NCBI GenBank assembly: GCA_002633005.1
Contig: NMRA01000742.1
Coordinates: forward strand, 62,001-126,000
Reading direction: 5' to 3'
Length of the DNA stretch: 64,000 nt
Source: Phoronis australis
Taxonomy: Eukaryota; Animalia; Phoronida
A program made the position numbers and the translations under genes. The stretch's first letter is position 1. Each line of letters begins with the position of its first letter. Below are positions 60,001-64,000 of the stretch, one piece after another. The notes below the pieces were generated by a model. The model was not told the DNA's origin, made no database searches, and saw nothing but the letters and a program-made list of their open reading frames with translations.

Positions 60001-62537
60001 GAGCAATAACGTTACTTACACTGAAAACGTCTTATGGGCATTCTTACGAAACCACCTTAAGGTAATTGTCATCTTTCGTACGTTTCATCCACACGCTTTT
60101 TAATGTATTCATTCTCAACGCATATTTATCGATTCCCGATTAACAACGAGTATTTGTTTGGCGTTCAGTAACTGTTGCTTTTTTGGAAATACCTGTCTCG
60201 CATTACAGCGGTTTCGAACACCGGCTTTCAACGCGTGGCTAGATTCGCACAAAATTTCTATAGCCACTGTTTTTTAAACTGTTTCGTTGATTTTTAATCT
60301 AGCTGCAAACAAAGGAGTTCACGAGTGTTGAGCACGAATTGGTGGCGATATTAATTTGTTACCTAAGGAGGGGATGGAAGATAATTACTTTGTAAACACG
60401 AACATGTAGAGTGTAAAAAGATGCATTGTAAACTGAGTTTTCTTACCGTTTAGCTGTCCCAGAGAAAAAATTAAATTTTAATAATATGATGTTCACATGA
60501 CTTCGACTCACTTGATAGTTCCACGCCACGGTCCAACATCGTTATGGGGGAGGGGGGGGGGGGGNGGGGGGGGGAGGTGAAGAGGAAGCGCTTTTGCCTG
60601 ATTGGTTTAAGTTACAGAGATTGAGCGAAAACGAAAACAAATTATTTTAAGTGACATGACCGGTGAGATACGTGATTTACTGAAGACAGCCCTAAATGAT
60701 AGAGCTTACCATGTGTATCTACCTACCGGACTCACCGGCTTTGATTTCAGCAAATGTCTCGCAGGTATGGGCGAGAATTGTCATCTTGTAACAAAAGCAC
60801 AACGGATACTATTGTATTAAAGCTCCAAAGCTAATCACTTAAAAAATTCTATCCCACCTAACACCAATCCCAAAAATTCGTTTTTTTGGCCGTAAATACC
60901 ATAATGTCCCTACAACCAGAGTAATTGAAAAATGTCAATTTTACGGAACCTCGACCCTGCATGCTGGACTCAATTTGTAGAACAATATGTGAGTCTAGTG
61001 ATTTTCACAGCATTAATTTAAATTACTACAAGAATTGCGCTGTCAAATGTAATGGCTTCAAACCTTATTAGCAAAATAAGCTACAAGATTGCGCCATTTG
61101 ATTCATTTATTTATTTATTAGGATTAATGTTTATGCTTATTTTCATTTCTAGAGAACAAAAGTGCGTCTTATTTCATACTTATGTATGTTAATGTAGATT
61201 TTGGTAGAATAATATGTCAATTGGTTTTAGCCGGGACTTGTAAAAGTCTGTGGCGACATAATCTTTGTAAAGGTCGTACGAGATCTAAAATTTTGTCTAA
61301 AATCTGAGCACAATATGGATTTAATGTCTTCGTCCCATAACTATGGCTTCAAAGTGCATTTACGAAATAACAATTGTTAAATGTCAAAGTGGGCATAAAT
61401 TGATGCGATTACACACCGCGTTGACTAAAGCAAACAATATAGTTTGGTTCAAGTATATATCTATGGAAATCTGTGGTACGCTGATAAGCTATGCAGGGTG
61501 ACATAATTCTTGATATAAAAGAATACAGTCAAAAAATGAAAGGTCAGCATGTGATTTTGGAATACTATGATTTACCAGTTGGTATTCGTCTGAAATGATT
61601 TCATATAAGCGCACGACCATGACCTAAAAAGTGTAACGTGTTCACCTAGAGGTTGTCTAAGAAATTTAACGTGCTGGTCACACATGAGCCGAACCCGCAG
61701 ATTGAATTCCGTGTCCCGATACTTAGCAGGACGAGGCGATTTTTCTTCTGATCAGTACCAGGAATTAGGGATTCTTGACGCCAGCGCCCGGCCTGCGCTT
61801 CCGACACTAGTGATATTGTCCGCCGGTGGGACCATGTTGCTGCCACAGACTCATCGTATTGGCGTCGGAAGTTTTATACCCAGGCCTTTTGGATTTACTT
61901 AGAATAGATCAAAAATAATTATATCAGTCTTGAATCTAAGCAAATACTTTTATTTAGGAAATTATTATGATGGATAAGTCGTGTAACTGGAAATCATCAA
62001 TCTAACATTCATTTCTAAACGTGAGCTAACCTGTCCATCAAAAGGTTCACAGACGTATTGGCGTCAATTACGGACTTTTTATTTTTGTTGAAACAGTGTG
62101 TAAGTCTTAGATATACAGAAAACAAAAGAACATCGTTTTAATATTTATTTTAGTGTGTCATCGCCACTTGCAACGTAAGGTCGTGCTTTGGAAGTGTCTG
62201 ACGCTAAAAACAGTAGTTGCTGAGGTTAACAGACTAACTAAAAAAAAGAGTCAGACTGGAATGGCACACTATCATGTTGGCCGATCAACAACGTTGGGAA
62301 ACTTGCAGAACCACAATTTCGAAGTTGAAAAATCGATAACAAACTCACTCTTGGAATAATTGTCTATTATCACCTGTTTATTTTACTAACCTGCTCAGCC
62401 GTTCGGTTGTGCAAAATGTCTTCAATTGTTGACTTTGACATGTATCCATCAACTTGGGGTTCCACCGCGTCTGTGGGCCAACACAGACTCGTAAAACAAG
62501 CTAGTGACAAGCAAAAAATTGGGCAAAGTTGCCTCAT
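35874..62537 (-). CDS. Gene A span: astacin-family metalloprotease (astacin-EGF-CUB-EGF-MAM, GPI-like tail), BP10/SpAN/meprin-like
   Basis: 17 exons from 53821 to stop 35874 join in frame; HExxHxxGFxHExxRxDRD and SIMHY Met-turn; polybasic furin site; N-terminal signal exon at 62537; propeptide exons less certain. Confidence 0.9.
36194..36297 (+). mobile_element. tRNA-derived SINE-like remnant
   Basis: agagcactagaccggcaatctagagacctgtggttcgattctc: anticodon-like stem (ctaga/tctag) and B box GGTTCGATTC; 5' half disrupted. Confidence 0.55.
36864..36981 (-). CDS. Gene A exon: end of MAM
   Basis: tctcag|VVFKYTKDGSKGDLAIDNIETYPGLCGSPVRIVRTTPNT|gtaag; matches MAM GDIAIDDI motif; phase 0 to 1. Confidence 0.9.
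37277..37790. mobile_element. 514-bp non-autonomous Kolobok-type element
   Basis: TTAA on both sides (37273-76, 37791-94); TIR agaggc(c/a)tggaa(c/t)g(c/t)ga; AG...CT termini fit Kolobok rather than piggyBac. Confidence 0.75.
37916..38112. repeat. Degenerate ~20-bp minisatellite (tttgcgccgttaa core)
   Basis: Recurrent attt.cgccgt.aa units. Confidence 0.65.
38451..38644 (-). CDS. Gene A exon: MAM core
   Basis: ttttag|SSRYGRCIGFYYHMYGSSMGKFELL...LSGDQGDSWKRAEINITADTAEYR|gtaggt; MAM CxxFxYHMYG motif; phase 1 to 0. Confidence 0.92.
39006..39132 (-). CDS. Gene A exon: MAM
   Basis: gtttag|GSTVTSQSGPQGGVNGSSTYLYCEASIPFGKGHTAQLATPYL|gtaag, phase 0 to 1. Confidence 0.9.
39689..41412. mobile_element. 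1.7-kb non-autonomous TIR element in gene A intron
   Basis: Perfect 25-bp inverted repeats aaatcacaatcaaggtccatattcg (39689-39713, 41388-41412); internal repeated ggtacgtacact motif; no ORF; no TSD seen. Confidence 0.8.
41738..41829 (-). CDS. Gene A exon: start of MAM
   Basis: ctttcag|DSLVRITEDFESSVGFLQNLPGNGIQWRRMS|gtgag, phase 1 to 0. Confidence 0.85.
42353..42444. repeat. 47-bp tandem duplication
   Basis: tacaaatccttc.ctggtc..acggttatacatgt.c.ga.ggtc x2. Confidence 0.85.
43467..43583 (-). CDS. Gene A exon: EGF-2
   Basis: tttcag|DPCLSNPCHGLATCVYYHSSKGYRCECPQPYIGPTCSDV|gtgag, phase 1 to 1. Confidence 0.93.
44933..45072 (-). CDS. Gene A exon: end of CUB
   Basis: actcag|LCGRSPPGDISTKDDFGIHTTLLIVKESSSPFKGHFKATIYATDND|gtaat, phase 2 to 1. 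Confidence 0.85.
45945..46060 (-). CDS. Gene A exon: middle of CUB
   Basis: ttccag|GPGLLRVHFTQFDIELDKVMACPHSVEVRFNLLGQEAP|gtaag, phase 0 to 2. Confidence 0.88.
46700..46765 (-). mobile_element. tRNA-derived SINE-like remnant
   Basis: Minus strand ggattagagcgtctg...gtcctgggttcgaaaccc: B box and partial tRNA-like layout. Confidence 0.45.
47005..47074. mobile_element. 70-bp MITE with 12-bp TIR and 5-bp TSD
   Basis: catgggcggcgc...gcgccgcccatg flanked by aatac/aatac. Confidence 0.85.
47426..47532 (-). CDS. Gene A exon: start of CUB
   Basis: ttccag|DCGGVIELAKVGDSVSIGWVSTPDGTDSRTCVWLLK|gtactg; CUB CGG...CxW; phase 1 to 0. Confidence 0.88.
47605..47860. mobile_element. 256-bp MITE with 15-bp TIR and 5-bp TSD
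   Basis: catgcgcg(t/a)ac(c/a)cag termini flanked by tgttt/tgttt. Confidence 0.85.
48384..48506 (-). CDS. Gene A exon: EGF-like 1
   Basis: ttccag|ADCMMDCQNEGYTFKTSEGKCVCVCPPYLTGEFCQNVITSA|gtaag, phase 1 to 1. Confidence 0.92.
49183..49309 (-). CDS. Gene A exon: end of astacin domain
   Basis: tttcag|AFASGSGATFTVRNEALSFLPGQRKDLTFYDAKTINVLYSCA|gtgag; GQR..L...D...IN.LY.C motif. Confidence 0.93.
49959..50153 (-). CDS. Gene A exon: zinc-binding active site and Met-turn
   Basis: tttcag|PGIILHEICHVLGFIHEHSRNDRD...PYDLGSIMHYDVW|gtaag, phase 0 to 0. Confidence 0.97.
51158..51242 (-). CDS. Gene A exon: astacin domain
   Basis: acgcag|CITEIGMIGSSTQTIRLLHISQSQTCAL|gtaag; equivalent to CxSxVG...Q.I.L...C; phase 2 to 0. 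Confidence 0.9.
52031..52160 (-). CDS. Gene A exon: astacin domain
   Basis: tttacag|ANQAYVERRIKEAIGLLEDKTCIKFQAVDQNYEGNQLKFISGD|gtaag; TCIxF motif; phase 1 to 2. Confidence 0.93.
52748..52832 (-). CDS. Gene A exon: furin site and start of catalytic domain
   Basis: ttgtag|KRRRKRKAHGRVWPNGIIPYSFDGAAWG|gtgag, phase 0 to 1. Confidence 0.93.
53181..53252 (-). CDS. Gene A propeptide exon
   Basis: cttccag|TKPIEHLFPDLKYRTSDINNGTIK|gtaag, phase 0 to 0. Confidence 0.75.
53747..53821 (-). CDS. Gene A propeptide exon
   Basis: ttgacatag|VEEIRNQDRERLSFVVIDSPGQRVQ|gtatgt, phase 0 to 0. Confidence 0.65.
53870..54250 (+). mobile_element. Decayed non-LTR (LINE) reverse transcriptase fragment
   Basis: Collinear RT motifs across frameshifts: QALHWVDTDLL (KAFDxV-like), FAISNGVHQGDVSSP, LFSTFLGDL, LLYADDITLLKENEVDLQILL. 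Confidence 0.85.
59238..59282 (-). CDS. Gene A candidate propeptide exon 3
   Basis: ttaatag|GTRVVSVGDFDDTVV|gtaag, phase 1 to 1. Confidence 0.55.
60546..60577. repeat. Poly-G tract containing an ambiguous base
   Basis: G-run with one n; likely sequencing uncertainty. Confidence 0.9.
60736..60784 (-). CDS. Gene A candidate propeptide exon 2
   Basis: ttgttacaag|MTILAHTCETFAEIKA|gtgagt, phase 0 to 1; AAG acceptor is less common. Confidence 0.55.
62391..62537 (-). CDS. Gene A exon 1: signal peptide and start of propeptide
   Basis: MRQLCPIFCLSLACFTSLCWPTDA-VEPQVDG...RTAEQ|gttagt; hydrophobic N-terminus with TDA cleavage-like site; link to the catalytic exons is inferred. Confidence 0.75.
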
Positions 62538-64000
62538 TTTTAAAAAGATAAAGTTTAAGTTAAACTTCTGCGTTGATCGATTGCGTTTGTTCAAATATGA
62601 CAACAGGTTGAACAAACTGTTGAACGTTGTAGAGAGCGATCATCAATAAAGCTTTGCTCGTAACCAACAATATCAAGACTATGCGCTCGAAGCCCGTGAT
62701 TCGCGCATGCGTAGCCGATCAGTTCAGAGGTACACTGTTTTCTACGGTGGTACACCGGTGTACAAGTATACACATGTTGCAACAATCTATAACAGGCGTT
62801 CACGGTCGGTTGAATATCCGAACTTCACAATCGTAATAATATCGACAACGTTTTGTTGCAATAATAGTCATGTATGTAACAATTGGTTCTGTACATTCAA
62901 ACATGAATATATTTGCAGGTGTCACACCAGAATGTACATTATCAGGGACAATGTTGCGTATTTGAGATCAGATTCAAGACGGATCCGCAGTCCAACGCTT
63001 TGCCAGTAGAACCTGGTAGAACTAATTTTCAACTGATAAGGTGATCGACTTCATTTTCCATTAAACCTGTATTCGACCTGTTTCGCTGGCTTTAATAAAT
63101 TGTGGTTCTCATGATATCTCCCGTTACTAACTCCTGTCACAAACAATGCATACACGCGCCATGAGTGCCAATAAACTCTGCGTTTTCCTGAATCGATGAT
63201 GGTTTTGATGTTCGTGTTGGCAATAGTAATAGACTACCAGCACTAAAAGGACACCTATTTTCCGAGAGTATAAAGACCTAATTCGATTTCCCCTTTTAGC
63301 CAGCAAAATAGACTGAAGTGAAATTCAATCGAGTGACTGGAAGCCAACGTGTTTCATTAGCGACTTCTAATAAGATCACAAAACACAACGGCTTTTGCAG
63401 TCTTATAGCTCTTGTCAAGGCTAATAACTTCAAGATGTGTATGTACCCAACTGTAACCCCCAAAATGAGCTTTTCAGCCCTATCACCTATTGTGTCCCAA
63501 ATATAAAACGCCAAGGCAATACGCTAATACGTGTAACTGTCTTTGAAAATCCCCACGGTACTGAAGAAAGAGTTAATTTTACGGTTAGGGTTGAACTGTT
63601 GGTTTATAGCGCCCTACTCAGAAATACTATCACAGCTTGACGTGAGAACTTAGAAAGTGTACAATAGCACCGTTTGTGTTTGCACTAAGTTTTGTTGGTA
63701 AGAGAACTGTTCTCTAGACGCTTGTGCAAATACAATTGCAGTGCATTCCAAGAAACTGATGTTTGAATTGCAACTCGTTACTCGACAACAAGCATTTGAG
63801 TATCGTTAAATTTATAGTAGAAAGAGTAAAACGATGCAACGACAGTGAGAGGGCACGACTAAAATAATGTAAATCCGGCTGAGCCCAATTGTAATGTTCA
63901 GTGACATCGAGATGACATCTGTTTTAAAAATACCTAACCACTTAACTGCTTGCAATGCTTATCCCAATATTTTATTATTTTTGCTATCAAAGAAAGGTGT

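Noticed and set aside
60447-60453. 7-nt micro-exon (cag|CTAAACG|gtaag) in gene A
   Set aside because: Inclusion shifts the next candidate exon into a frame with TGA.
62702-62711. NRF1-like cgcgcatgcg promoter motif for gene A
   Set aside because: Imperfect match, transcription start unknown, and similar motifs occur elsewhere in introns.

Overview
AT-rich, intron-rich animal genomic DNA, probably from a marine invertebrate (taxon is inference only). Most ORFs in the track are spurious; the real coding content is two multi-exon genes on the minus strand, reconstructed by hand from GT-AG sites and reading-frame phase. Gene A (ATG 62537, stop 35874, about 770 aa) is an astacin (M12A) zinc metalloprotease: signal peptide, propeptide, furin site, catalytic domain (HEICHVLGFIHEHSRNDRD, SIMHY), EGF, CUB, EGF, MAM, a short Cys-rich stalk and a GPI-like tail. 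One propeptide exon junction is unresolved. Gene B (ATG 30248, running off the left edge, about 995 aa inside the window) is a large secreted von Willebrand factor/SCO-spondin/gel-mucin-like protein: signal peptide, EMI-like domain, 5 EGF repeats, then two VWD-C8-TIL assemblies. Introns and the intergenic gap hold non-autonomous DNA transposons with visible TIRs/TSDs, HINE-like repeats, tRNA-derived SINE-like remnants, a decayed LINE RT fragment, long hairpins and mini/microsatellites. No rRNA, intact tRNA, CRISPR or prokaryotic features were seen. The most interesting hypothesis is a linked protease plus polymer-substrate pair, analogous to meprin beta/MUC2; it is untested.
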